Positions 8,731-17,646 of a stretch of DNA of 32,000 bases are shown in pieces. Source of the DNA: Raphidiopsis brookii D9 (GTDB taxonomy: Bacteria > Cyanobacteriota > Cyanobacteriia > Cyanobacteriales > Nostocaceae); contig ACYB01000011.1 of assembly GCA_000175855.1 (NCBI GenBank), forward strand, positions 39,801-71,800, given 5' to 3'. Position numbers and translations under genes: made by a program. The notes beneath the pieces are model-generated. The model was not told where the DNA came from. It did not search any database and saw nothing but the letters and a program-made list of their open reading frames with translations. Position 1 is the first letter of the stretch. Each line of letters begins with the position of its first letter.

Positions 8731-8755
8731 ACTTGATTTTACTTGATTTTACTTT
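8731..8755. repeat. Tandem direct repeat ACTTGATTTT x2.5
   Basis: acttgatttt (8731-8740), acttgatttt (8741-8750), acttt (8751-8755). It lies about 20-45 bp upstream of the recombinase-like gene start on the minus strand. Confidence 0.8.
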
Positions 8756-8774
8756 AGGGTCGCCAGGAAACGTC

Positions 8775-8792
8775 CATAGTTTAAAAACTATG
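8775..8792. repeat. Perfect 8-2-8 palindrome CATAGTTT aa AAACTATG
   Basis: Read directly from the sequence. It lies in the 413-bp AT-rich spacer between the recombinase-like gene and the transporter operon. Confidence 0.7.
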
Positions 8793-9125
8793 AATACAAT
8801 TATTTTCATCTATTGATAGATATAAATCATAAATTAGAAACAATGATAATCATCGGGTTAAAAATATAAATTTTTCTTATATATCCAATCCAATATTTGT
8901 GTGGAATTTGCTGTTGACTAGTGATCTATTTTTTTTAAAAACCTGTAGACTAAGATTCATTGGTTGGGAGTAAATTGTTGATCCCACCTAAAAACGCTAA
9001 CTAATCGTAGGGGGTTAAGAAAAATTTAATATTGCTACATTATTACCAGATGCGCATTTATACAATATCAAAAATTACATCTGGGTTCCATACAAGATAA
9101 AAACACAATGATTACATAAGGAGAT

Positions 9126-10499
9126 ATGATCATGTCTGGATTTTGGCATCAAACTTCCCGTCGCAGATTCATTACCACTGCTGGTGTTGCTGCGGGCGCA
9201 GTACTAATTAAAGGGTGTTTAGGAAACCCACCAGAAAGAGGTGCAGGGTCTAGCTCTCAAAGTCAACAAGTAGAAGCAGCAAATTTAACACCAGAGATCA
9301 CACCAGAAACCACCAAAGTTAAATTAGGATATCTTCCCATTGTAGAAGCTGCACCACTAATTATTGCCCAGGAATTAGGTTTCTTTAAAAGATGGGGAAT
9401 GACCGAAGTTGAACTTGCCAAACAAGCATCTTGGGGTTCCATGCGAGACAACACGGAAATTGGCTCTGCAGGGGGAGGTGTAGACGGTGGGCAATATCAA
9501 ATGCCCATGCCACACTTAATCACTGAGGGGCTAATTACAAAGGGAAATACAAAAATACCCATGTATCTACTAGCCCAATTGAACACACAAGGTAACGGCA
9601 TTGCAATTGCTAGCAAGCACGCAGGCAAGCAGGTCCATCTTGACCTATCTAAAGGAGGAAAAGCAGTTTTTGATAAATTAAAATCAACCCCATCACCTTT
9701 TACAGCGGCATTTACATTTGGGAAAGTTAACCAGGAATTTTGGTTGCGGTACTGGTTAGCAGCAGGAGGCGTAAATCCTGACACTGATGTGAAATTAATT
9801 CCAGTACCTACTGCTCAGACGGTAGCCAATATGAGAACTGGAACTGTGGATGCTTTCAGTACAGGAGATCCTTGGCCATATAGAATTGTTAAAGACAAGA
9901 TTGGTTTTATCTCCGCGCTGACTGCCCAAATATGGAAAAATCATCCTGAAGAATACCTTGCAATTAGAGGAGAGTGGGTAGATGCTAACCCAAAAGCTAC
10001 AAAAGCGATTTTAAAAGCAGTTATGGAAGCCCAGCAGTGGTTAGATAAGTTTGAAAACAGAGAAACTGCGGCCAACATTTTAGGACGGACTAACTACTAT
10101 AACATATCACCCTCCTTCCTGACAGACCCCTTCCAGGGTAACTATGATATGGGGGATGGTCAGAAAGTTAACGATAAATCCATGGCAGTGTTATATTGGA
10201 AGGATGAAAGAGGTAGTGTTTCCTACCCATATAAGAGTCATGACCTGTGGTTTTTAACTGAAAGTATTCGTTGGGGATTCCTACCAGCAGAATATCTAGA
10301 TAAATCAGAGGATCTGATCAACAGAGTTAACAAAGAAAATATATGGCGAGAAGCTGCTAAGGAATTGGGCATACCTGATGCTGATATTCCTACTAGCACC
10401 TCCCGTGGTTTAGAAAAGTTCTTTGATGGTATTACATTTGATCCGTCAGATCCTCGTGGCTACTTAAAGGGGTTGAAAATCAAAAAGATAAATATTTGA
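9126..10499 (+). CDS. nrtA/cmpA: NrtA/CmpA-family periplasmic substrate-binding lipoprotein of a nitrate/nitrite (NrtABCD) or bicarbonate (CmpABCD) ABC transporter
   Basis: Twin-arginine signal [11 protein letters not shown] and lipobox LIKGC. Family motifs include [47 protein letters not shown] and [14 protein letters not shown] at 9118-9123 favours ATG 9132 (MSGFWHQ...) over ATG 9126. Confidence 0.9.
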   Translation: MIMSGFWHQTSRRRFITTAGVAAGAVLIKGCLGNPPERGAGSSSQSQQVEAANLTPEITPETTKVKLGYLPIVEAAPLIIAQELGFFKRWGMTEVELAKQASWGSMRDNTEIGSAGGGVDGGQYQMPMPHLITEGLITKGNTKIPMYLLAQLNTQGNGIAIASKHAGKQVHLDLSKGGKAVFDKLKSTPSPFTAAFTFGKVNQEFWLRYWLAAGGVNPDTDVKLIPVPTAQTVANMRTGTVDAFSTGDPWPYRIVKDKIGFISALTAQIWKNHPEEYLAIRGEWVDANPKATKAILKAVMEAQQWLDKFENRETAANILGRTNYYNISPSFLTDPFQGNYDMGDGQKVNDKSMAVLYWKDERGSVSYPYKSHDLWFLTESIRWGFLPAEYLDKSEDLINRVNKENIWREAAKELGIPDADIPTSTSRGLEKFFDGITFDPSDPRGYLKGLKIKKINI

Positions 10500-10547
10500 T
10501 TGCTTTGATCACTAACTAAAATCTACAAAGTACAAAAGGATACAAAA

Positions 10548-11387
10548 ATGACAACAGTAACCGCCAAACGTCGTAGCAGTAATAATGGTTCCGAGAATTT
10601 TATCCTGGCATTTATCAATAAACAGATGCCAGAAATTCTACCTCCGCTTATTGCCATAGTTGCCTTTTTGGTTGTTTGGCAGGTATTTTCTCTGACAGGT
10701 GGTACTTTACCTGGGCCAATTCAAGTTGTACAAGATACTTGGGAATTAATTATTTACCCATTTTATGATCGAGGTGGGATTGACAAAGGTTTATTTTGGC
10801 AAGTTTTTGCCAGTTTACAAAGGGTGGCTATTAGTTACACATTAGCTGCTGTGGTAGGGATAGGTTTAGGAATTCTAATTGGTGTAAATACCACCATGTC
10901 CAAGGCCTTAGATCCCCTATTTCAATTGCTAAGAACCGTACCACCCTTAGCTTGGGTACCTATTTCTTTAGCTGCGTTAAGACAGAATGAACCAGCAGCA
11001 TTGTTCGTAATTTTTATCACCTCTCTTTGGCCGATTCTCATTAATACTGCTGTTGGTGTTAAGGAAATACCTGTCGATTATAATAATGTGGCTAAGGTCT
11101 TACAACTTTCCCAAAAAGAGTATTTCTTCAACGTCTTGATTCCCGCAGCGTTACCCTACATTTTCACCGGGTTAAGAATTTCCATTGGTTTAGCATGGTT
11201 GGCGATTATCGCAGCAGAAATCGTCATGTCTGGTATTGTTGGTATAGGATTCTTTATTTGGGATTCTTATCAAGCTAACAAGGTGAGTGAAGTGATCTTA
11301 GCCCTGGTTTACATTGGAGTTGTAGGTTTATTGCTGGATAAATTCATGGCTTGGTTACAAACAAGAATTTTACCAGAACAAAAATAG
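10548..11387 (+). CDS. nrtB/cmpB: NrtB/CmpB-type ABC transporter permease
   Basis: 279 aa, about 6 TM helices, binding-protein-dependent transport inner-membrane-component architecture. Second gene of the operon, 48 bp after the substrate-binding-protein gene. Confidence 0.9.
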   Translation: MTTVTAKRRSSNNGSENFILAFINKQMPEILPPLIAIVAFLVVWQVFSLTGGTLPGPIQVVQDTWELIIYPFYDRGGIDKGLFWQVFASLQRVAISYTLAAVVGIGLGILIGVNTTMSKALDPLFQLLRTVPPLAWVPISLAALRQNEPAALFVIFITSLWPILINTAVGVKEIPVDYNNVAKVLQLSQKEYFFNVLIPAALPYIFTGLRISIGLAWLAIIAAEIVMSGIVGIGFFIWDSYQANKVSEVILALVYIGVVGLLLDKFMAWLQTRILPEQK

Positions 11388-11437
11388 TTGCTGACTTTTT
11401 CTTACCCATTTTTATCCACAATTCACAACCTAAACCT

Positions 11438-13441
11438 ATGTCTGTATTTGTTGCTGTTGATCAAATTGACAAAGTCTTTGAACTAAGTAATGGCGGTCAA
11501 TATATTGCCCTCAAAGGTATTGACCTACAAATCAAAAAGGGTGAATTTGTCTCTCTGATTGGCCACTCTGGTTGTGGTAAATCCACACTCCTGAATATGA
11601 TTGCTGGGTTGGATTTACCCACAGAGGGCTTAGTTACCCTGGAAGGACAAAGAATTAAAAAGCCTGGTCCAGATAGAATGGTAGTATTTCAAAACTACTC
11701 TCTATTACCATGGCGAACCGTGAGAGAAAATATTGCCCTAGCAGTAGATTCGGTCCTAAGTGGAATGCCAGCAGGAGAACGTAAATCTGTTGTTCAAAGA
11801 CATATAGATATGGTAGGTTTAGGTCCCCATGCAGACAAACAACCATCGATGTTATCAGGTGGACAAAAACAAAGAGTGGCGATCGCCCGTGCTTTAGCAA
11901 TCCGACCTAAATTGTTACTTTTAGATGAACCTTTTGGCGCATTAGATGCACTAACCAGGGGAAATTTGCAAGAACAATTAATGCAAATTTGTGAAGAGAA
12001 TCAGGTAACTGCGGTAATGGTGACCCATGACGTGGATGAAGCTGTGTTATTATCAGATAGAATCGTCATGTTAACCAACGGACCGGAGTCCAAAATTGGG
12101 GATATTTTAGAAGTAGATATTCCACGTCCTCGTAAACGGATGGAAGTAGTAGAGCATCCCAGTTACTACACCTTACGTAGCGAGATGATTTACTTCCTCA
12201 ACCAACAAAAAAGGATCAAGAAACTGCGGGCCAGAAAAACTCCCAATATTGCCCGTCACGGCTTAGAAAAAGTCAATTTGGAAGTTGGCTTTTTGCCGAT
12301 TACAGCCTGCGCGCCCTTAGCAATAGCCCAAGAAAAGGGCTTGTTTGCCAAACATGGTTTAGAAGAAGTTCATTTAGTCAGAGAAAGTAATTGGCGAGGT
12401 ATTGTTGATGGTATTATTGGCGGTTATTTAGATGCTGCTCAAATGCCATCAGGTATGCCCATGTGGTTATCTTTGGGGGGTAATAAAAGTCAACCTCTAC
12501 CAATTGTCACCTCCTTAACCATGACTCGTAATGGTAATGCTATTACCCTGGCTAAAAGATTTTATGAACAGGGGATATATACTCTCTCTGATTTCAAATC
12601 ATATCTGTTACAAACCCGAGAGCAGATGCACCGCATGGGAGTAGTACATCCAGCATCAATGCACAATTTACTGTTGCGTTATTGGTTAGCAGCAGGGGGA
12701 ATTGATCCAGATGTAGATGTGGAGATGAAAAATATTCCCCCCGCCCAAATGGTGGTAGATTTAAAGGCTAAAACTATTGATGGTTATTGTGTGGGAGAAC
12801 CTTGGAATTATCGTGCTGCTATTGAAGGTTCAGGTTTTACCATAGCCACAGATTTAGAGGTTTGGCTGGGACATCCCGGTAAGGTATTAGGTGTGAGAGA
12901 GGATTGGGCTAATGCTTATCCTAATAGCCATATCGCCTTAACAAAAGCCTTGTTGGAAGCGTGTAAATATTGTGCAGATCATAATAATGCACAAGAGGTA
13001 AGAGCAATATTAGCCAGTCGGGAATATGTGAACACCGATATTGATTTTATTCAGGTTGAAGATCCAATTAGTAATACTTGTGATTTGGATCATCCTATGC
13101 GTGAGTATGCCCACCATCAATTTTATGGTGACTCAGCAATTAATCGTCCTAGCAGGACTGAACAAACTTGGATTATGACCCAGTTGGCCAGATGGGGTGA
13201 AACTCCTTTTCCTCGCAACTGGGTAGAAATTGTGGAAAGAGTTTGTCGTGTGGGTGTATTTAGTACCGCCGCTAGGGAATTGGGTTTGGATATCAGTTAT
13301 ACCCGTCAACCCATTCACTTGTTTGATGGCAAACCTTTTAATGCTGATGATCCTTTTGCCTATCTTAATGGTCTAGAAATTAAACGAGATTTTTCTGTTG
13401 CAGAAGTGATTCTAGACATGAACAGAAAATTTGTAGCCTAG
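11438..13441 (+). CDS. nrtC/cmpC: NrtC/CmpC-type ABC ATPase fused to a C-terminal NrtA-like (substrate-binding-like) regulatory domain
   Basis: Walker A GHSGCGKST, signature LSGGQKQR, Walker B LLLLDEPFGALD. The following ~390 aa are paralogous to the upstream binding protein ([23 protein letters not shown]). Start taken at ATG 11438 (MSVFVAVDQIDKVF). The track start at 11351 overlaps nrtB. Confidence 0.9.
   Translation: MSVFVAVDQIDKVFELSNGGQYIALKGIDLQIKKGEFVSLIGHSGCGKSTLLNMIAGLDLPTEGLVTLEGQRIKKPGPDRMVVFQNYSLLPWRTVRENIALAVDSVLSGMPAGERKSVVQRHIDMVGLGPHADKQPSMLSGGQKQRVAIARALAIRPKLLLLDEPFGALDALTRGNLQEQLMQICEENQVTAVMVTHDVDEAVLLSDRIVMLTNGPESKIGDILEVDIPRPRKRMEVVEHPSYYTLRSEMIYFLNQQKRIKKLRARKTPNIARHGLEKVNLEVGFLPITACAPLAIAQEKGLFAKHGLEEVHLVRESNWRGIVDGIIGGYLDAAQMPSGMPMWLSLGGNKSQPLPIVTSLTMTRNGNAITLAKRFYEQGIYTLSDFKSYLLQTREQMHRMGVVHPASMHNLLLRYWLAAGGIDPDVDVEMKNIPPAQMVVDLKAKTIDGYCVGEPWNYRAAIEGSGFTIATDLEVWLGHPGKVLGVREDWANAYPNSHIALTKALLEACKYCADHNNAQEVRAILASREYVNTDIDFIQVEDPISNTCDLDHPMREYAHHQFYGDSAINRPSRTEQTWIMTQLARWGETPFPRNWVEIVERVCRVGVFSTAARELGLDISYTRQPIHLFDGKPFNADDPFAYLNGLEIKRDFSVAEVILDMNRKFVA
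11879..11886. repeat. HIP1 octamer GCGATCGC
   Basis: Exact match read in the sequence. Confidence 0.95.
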
Positions 13442-13487
13442 ATATTTCTAGATAGTTGTTCAACCATTTACCCCCGGGAAAAATCAG

Positions 13488-14306
13488 ATGACATCCTCTA
13501 CTCAACTTCGTAACCATCAATCCTTCCTCAAAATTGAAAATGTCACTAAAATCTATCCAACTAAAAAAGGACCTTTTACTGTTTTAGACGGAATAAATTT
13601 AGATGTCCAAAAGGGCGAGTTTATTTGTGTGATTGGCCACTCCGGTTGTGGCAAATCTACCTTACTAAATATGGTGTCTGGTTTTAATACTCCTACCACG
13701 GGTCAGGTGTTATTAGAGGGACAACCCATAGTTAAACCCGGTCCCGATCGCATGGTGGTATTCCAGAACTACGCCCTTCTACCTTGGCGGACTGCATTTG
13801 AGAATATTTACTTGGCTGTAAACGCAGTTTATCCAACTAAACCGGAAGCGGAAAAGCGTGCTATTGTCAGAGAGCATTTAACCATGGTCGGATTGTCCGA
13901 TGCTATGGAGAAAAAACCCCCCCAAATGTCTGGAGGTATGAGACAGCGGGTTTCTATTGCACGCGCTTTAGCTATTCGTCCCAAGGTTCTAATTTTAGAT
14001 GAACCCTTTGGCGCTCTGGATGCTATCACTAAGGAAGAATTGCAGGAGGAGTTATTAAAAATCTGGAATGAAAACCGTTGTACTGTGTTAATGATTACCC
14101 ATGACATTGATGAGGCTTTGTTTTTAGCTGATAAGTTGGTCATGATGACTAATGGACCCCATGCTAAAATTGGGGAGGTGATGGAAATTCCTTTTGCACG
14201 ACCACGTGAGCGGACTCTGATTATGGAAGATCCTCAGTATTATCAACTGCGTAACTATGCTTTAGACTTCTTGTTTAATCGCTTTGCTCATGATGATGTT
14301 GGTTAG
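13488..14306 (+). CDS. nrtD/cmpD: NrtD/CmpD-type ABC transporter ATP-binding protein
   Basis: 272 aa. Walker A GHSGCGKST, signature MSGGMRQR, Walker B VLILDEPFGALD. It is a paralogue of the NrtC ATPase domain. Confidence 0.9.
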   Translation: MTSSTQLRNHQSFLKIENVTKIYPTKKGPFTVLDGINLDVQKGEFICVIGHSGCGKSTLLNMVSGFNTPTTGQVLLEGQPIVKPGPDRMVVFQNYALLPWRTAFENIYLAVNAVYPTKPEAEKRAIVREHLTMVGLSDAMEKKPPQMSGGMRQRVSIARALAIRPKVLILDEPFGALDAITKEELQEELLKIWNENRCTVLMITHDIDEALFLADKLVMMTNGPHAKIGEVMEIPFARPRERTLIMEDPQYYQLRNYALDFLFNRFAHDDVG

Positions 14307-14383
14307 GATGAGTTTGATAGGGGGAATTAAGCAAATGTTATATTTGATCGTTCCCCGTTCTTTAAATACCCAACCCCTGAACA

Positions 14384-14977
14384 ATGCGCTTGACCTTTTC
14401 TGAGGAAATAAAATCTTTGCTACAGCGTCTGGCACACCAACCTCTAACCCTGGGTGATGTGCTGGAAACAACCTCCCAACGCGGATTCATTCTAGTCATT
14501 GCTTTATTGGTTTTACCATTCTTGTTCCCTATGCCACCCGGACTCACGGGTCCTCTTGGCTCCGCTTGTTTGCTCTTATCATTGCAAATGCTTTTGGGCA
14601 GGCGATCGCCCTGGTTACCAAAAAAAATTGCCAATTATCAATTTCCCCGGGTTTTTGCCCAAACTATTCTCCAGAACCTAAGTAGGGTCACCAGGTTGTT
14701 AGAAAAAATTGCCCGTCCTCGGTTGACAAAATTGGCAAATCATGATATCACTTGGAGGTGTAACGGTTTTTGTATTTCCTGGTTGGCTATTTTACTTATT
14801 TCTCCTGTACCTTTGACTAATCCCATACCCACCATTGGCATTTTACTGTTTGCTGCAGCTAGTATAGAGTCAGATGGCTTACTTATATGTATTTGCTATG
14901 TGTTAACACTATTAATCACCCTAATTTTCTACCTCATTGTCTATGGGGTTTTACAGTTCCCTGGTTTGATTACATGA
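14384..14977 (+). CDS. exoD: ExoD-family exopolysaccharide synthesis membrane protein
   Basis: 197 aa. The N-terminal LTLGDVLETTSQRGFILVIALLVLPFLFPMPPGLTGPLG and RSPWLPKKI are typical of ExoD. Several TM helices. Confidence 0.75.
   Translation: MRLTFSEEIKSLLQRLAHQPLTLGDVLETTSQRGFILVIALLVLPFLFPMPPGLTGPLGSACLLLSLQMLLGRRSPWLPKKIANYQFPRVFAQTILQNLSRVTRLLEKIARPRLTKLANHDITWRCNGFCISWLAILLISPVPLTNPIPTIGILLFAAASIESDGLLICICYVLTLLITLIFYLIVYGVLQFPGLIT
14602..14609. repeat. HIP1 octamer GCGATCGC
   Basis: Exact match read in the sequence. Confidence 0.95.
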
Positions 14978-15027
14978 AGGTTACTGGTGCTATTGACATT
15001 TATTACTTAACGAGTATGAAAATAAAC

Positions 15028-15048
15028 CCCCCAGTTATTAGCTGGGGG
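15028..15048 (+). terminator. Stem-loop downstream of exoD (weak terminator candidate)
   Basis: CCCCCAG (15028-15034) pairs with CTGGGGG (15042-15048) around a 7-nt loop, 50 nt after the exoD stop. No clear U-tract follows. Confidence 0.3.
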
Positions 15049-15266
15049 TAGTATGTAATCAAAGGTGCATCTACTGGTTTGATTATTCCTAGGTAATAAC
15101 ATCGAATCCGGAAAATTTATTATTCCAGGATTTAAGATATATAACTTGGTTACCTATGGCACTAGTTGCTAAAAGTTAGCAACTGTATAACTAGTTAATT
15201 ACCTTCCTAATGTCCAACCAGTTTACACCTTGTTAGGATAAAAGCTATATTTTAACGGTCTAATTC

Positions 15267-16172
15267 ATGAGTATAATCCTGGAAACAACTAACGAGTTAC
15301 TATTACTACCTCTGATTGCCGCAGCCGAGAACAGCAATCAAATTAATCCTGAGTGGTTCCAGGCGTTTGTTTTAGGGATAGTTCAAGGCATTACCGAATT
15401 TTTACCGATTAGTAGCACAGCTCACCTATTAATTTTTACTAAAGTATTTGGTTGGAAAGAGTTAGGTGCTAAAGACTTTGTTGATGCGATTCAATTTGGC
15501 AGTGTGATAGCAATCTTATTGTATTTTCGGTCATTGATTGCCAGTATTATTCGGGGAGCAGTGGAAGGGTTCCAGGATAAAGACTGGCAAAGAGAAGAGT
15601 GGAAAATTGTAATAGGTATTGCTGTTGGAACCATACCAGCACTGGTTCTTGGTTTTTTCTTAAAGGACATTTTGCCCGAAAGCGCCTTAATTATTGGCAC
15701 AATGTCAGTAGTCATGGCTATTTTACTGGGATTGGCTGAAAAAATTGGCGATCGCAAACGGGGATTTGATCATTTGCAAATTCGAGATGGTATTTTAGTA
15801 GGGATAGGACAATCCCTGGCTTTAATTCCCGGGGTTTCCCGTTCTGGTTCTACATTGACCACAGCCTTGTTTTTAGGACTAGAAAGGGACACAGCGGCAA
15901 AATTTTCATTTTTATTAGGTTTTCCCACCTTGACCATAGCCACCCTATACAAGAGCTTAAAAATATTTCATCTCTTTCAAGAGGGGCAATTACCAGAGAA
16001 CATAGTTTTGTTATTGATTATAGGAATTATCTCGACCTTTATTTTTTCATACCTGTCAATTGCATTTTTAATTCGTTATTTACAAACCAAGGATACTTTT
16101 ATCTTTGTTTGGTATAGACTAGCTTTTGGTGGAACAATTTTGTTGGCACTTGCTAATGGTTGGCAGGGGTGA
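15267..16172 (+). CDS. uppP: Undecaprenyl-diphosphate phosphatase (UppP/BacA)
   Basis: 301 aa, polytopic. Signature motifs GIVQGITEFLPISSTAHL and IPGVSRSGSTLT. Confidence 0.9.
   Translation: MSIILETTNELLLLPLIAAAENSNQINPEWFQAFVLGIVQGITEFLPISSTAHLLIFTKVFGWKELGAKDFVDAIQFGSVIAILLYFRSLIASIIRGAVEGFQDKDWQREEWKIVIGIAVGTIPALVLGFFLKDILPESALIIGTMSVVMAILLGLAEKIGDRKRGFDHLQIRDGILVGIGQSLALIPGVSRSGSTLTTALFLGLERDTAAKFSFLLGFPTLTIATLYKSLKIFHLFQEGQLPENIVLLLIIGIISTFIFSYLSIAFLIRYLQTKDTFIFVWYRLAFGGTILLALANGWQG
15748..15755. repeat. HIP1 octamer GCGATCGC
   Basis: Exact match read in the sequence. Confidence 0.95.
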
Positions 16173-16227
16173 TCAAAACTTAGATTATAGATATGCTTGG
16201 ACTAAAATAAAGCTGTTAAAAATTATC

Positions 16228-17550
16228 ATGTCTGACATTAAACCGGCGAAAATTACCAGTGTTATAGGCGAATCCATTGCTGCTGAAGTTGGATTTGAAG
16301 CGGGTGATGCTATTGTGAGTATTAACGGGATTAGACCTCGTGATTTAATAGATTATCAGTTTTTGTGTGCAGATGAAATTTTGGAAATAGAAGTATTAGA
16401 TAAACATGGTAAAATTCATCAAGTTGAAATTGAGAAAGACTATGACCAAGACCTAGGAATAGAATTTGCTACAGCTTTATTTGATAACTTAATTCAATGT
16501 AATAATCACTGTCCCTTTTGTTTTATTGACCAGCAACCACAGGGTAAACGCTCCAGCTTATATTTAAAGGATGATGATTATCGTTTAAGTTTCTTGTATG
16601 GTTCCTATTTAACCCTGACCAATTTACCTGCAAGAGAATGGCAAAGAATTGAGCAAATGAGACTATCACCCTTATATGTTTCAGTTCATGCAACAGAACC
16701 AGAAATAAGAATTAGACTCTTAAAAAATAGTCGAGCTGGAGAGATTCTACAGCAAATTAAATGGTTTCAAGCAAGACGCTTACAAATTCATGCTCAGGTA
16801 GTAGTTTGTCCTGGAATTAATGATGGTTCGCACCTGGAAAGAACACTAAGAGATTTAGCATCCTTTTATGCGGAGAAAGTGCCCACAGTAGCATCAGTAG
16901 CAGTAGTTCCTGTGGGTTTAACCAAATTTCGTCCCCCACAAGATGAGTTGATTCCTGTAACCAGGGAAAAAGCCAGGGAAGTAATAGGTCAGGTAGAAAT
17001 GCTTAGTCGAGAATTTAAGCGGAAATATGATTCTCGGGTAATTTGGTTAGCGGATGAATGGTTTTTAATAGGTGGTGAGGAATTACCAGCACAGGAGGAG
17101 TATGAAGAATATCCACAAATAGATAATGGTGTAGGTTCCATAAGATTATTTATGAAGGAATTTAATCAGGTAGCAAATAAATTACTACCGGCAAAAATTT
17201 ATCCTGAGAAAACATTAACTTGGGTAGTGGGAAATGCGGTAGAGAAAGCATTTACCCCCCTGGTTGATAGGTTAAATAGGGTTGAAGGTTTAAGGGTGAA
17301 TATGGTTGCACTATATAGTGACTATTGGGGACAAGATATCACCGTTACCGGGTTATTAACTGGACATGATTTACTATACCACCTGAAAGGGAAGAATTTA
17401 GGTGATAGTTTATTATTACCCACCATCATGCTCAAACATGGTGAATTAGTATTTTTAGATGATATGACAGTAGCACAGGTGTCTCAGGAATTGAATGTTA
17501 GGATATTACCAGTTGCAGGAGTAGAAGATTTAATGGAGGAAGTTAGCTAG
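16228..17550 (+). CDS. DUF512-family protein (PDZ-like N-terminus + radical-SAM-like Cys motif)
   Basis: Start taken at ATG 16228 (MSDIKPAKITSV...). PDZ-like segment GFEAGDAIVSINGIRPRDLIDYQF, Cys cluster CNNHCPFCF, about 440 aa. The upstream part of the track ORF overlaps uppP. Confidence 0.75.
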   Translation: MSDIKPAKITSVIGESIAAEVGFEAGDAIVSINGIRPRDLIDYQFLCADEILEIEVLDKHGKIHQVEIEKDYDQDLGIEFATALFDNLIQCNNHCPFCFIDQQPQGKRSSLYLKDDDYRLSFLYGSYLTLTNLPAREWQRIEQMRLSPLYVSVHATEPEIRIRLLKNSRAGEILQQIKWFQARRLQIHAQVVVCPGINDGSHLERTLRDLASFYAEKVPTVASVAVVPVGLTKFRPPQDELIPVTREKAREVIGQVEMLSREFKRKYDSRVIWLADEWFLIGGEELPAQEEYEEYPQIDNGVGSIRLFMKEFNQVANKLLPAKIYPEKTLTWVVGNAVEKAFTPLVDRLNRVEGLRVNMVALYSDYWGQDITVTGLLTGHDLLYHLKGKNLGDSLLLPTIMLKHGELVFLDDMTVAQVSQELNVRILPVAGVEDLMEEVS

Positions 17551-17603
17551 TTAATCCTTCACTAAATTTTAGCAACTTAAGATTTATAAGAATAAGAAGT
17601 TTA

Positions 17604-17629
17604 CAAAAAAATCCCTGGTTTACCAGGGA
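17604..17629 (-). terminator. Rho-independent terminator of the minus-strand vWA...ArsA-like cluster
   Basis: Perfect 7-bp stem TCCCTGG (17612-17618) / CCAGGGA (17623-17629) with a 4-nt loop. On the minus strand it is followed by T7 (A-run 17605-17611). It lies 18 nt past the ArsA-like stop. Confidence 0.7.
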
Positions 17630-17646
17630 GTGTCAATGCATACTAA

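Noticed and set aside
7426-8760. The recombinase-like gene as marker of a mobile or excisable element (XisF-like developmental excision, prophage or integrative island).
   Set aside because: The catalytic motifs are degenerate. I could find no direct or inverted flanking repeats and no phage, IS or conjugation genes nearby. The neighbouring genes do not look interrupted by an insertion.
9065-9078. Possible NtcA box ATAtcaaaaatTAC upstream of the transporter operon.
   Set aside because: It lacks the critical G of GTA-N8-TAC, and no suitably placed -10 box was seen. In a spacer this AT-rich, such a near-match is expected by chance.
14321-14356. GGGGAA...TTCCCC stem with a 24-nt loop after nrtD/cmpD, considered as the operon terminator.
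   Set aside because: The loop is too large, the stem is only 6 bp, and the U-tract is weak (GTTCTTT). Support is insufficient.
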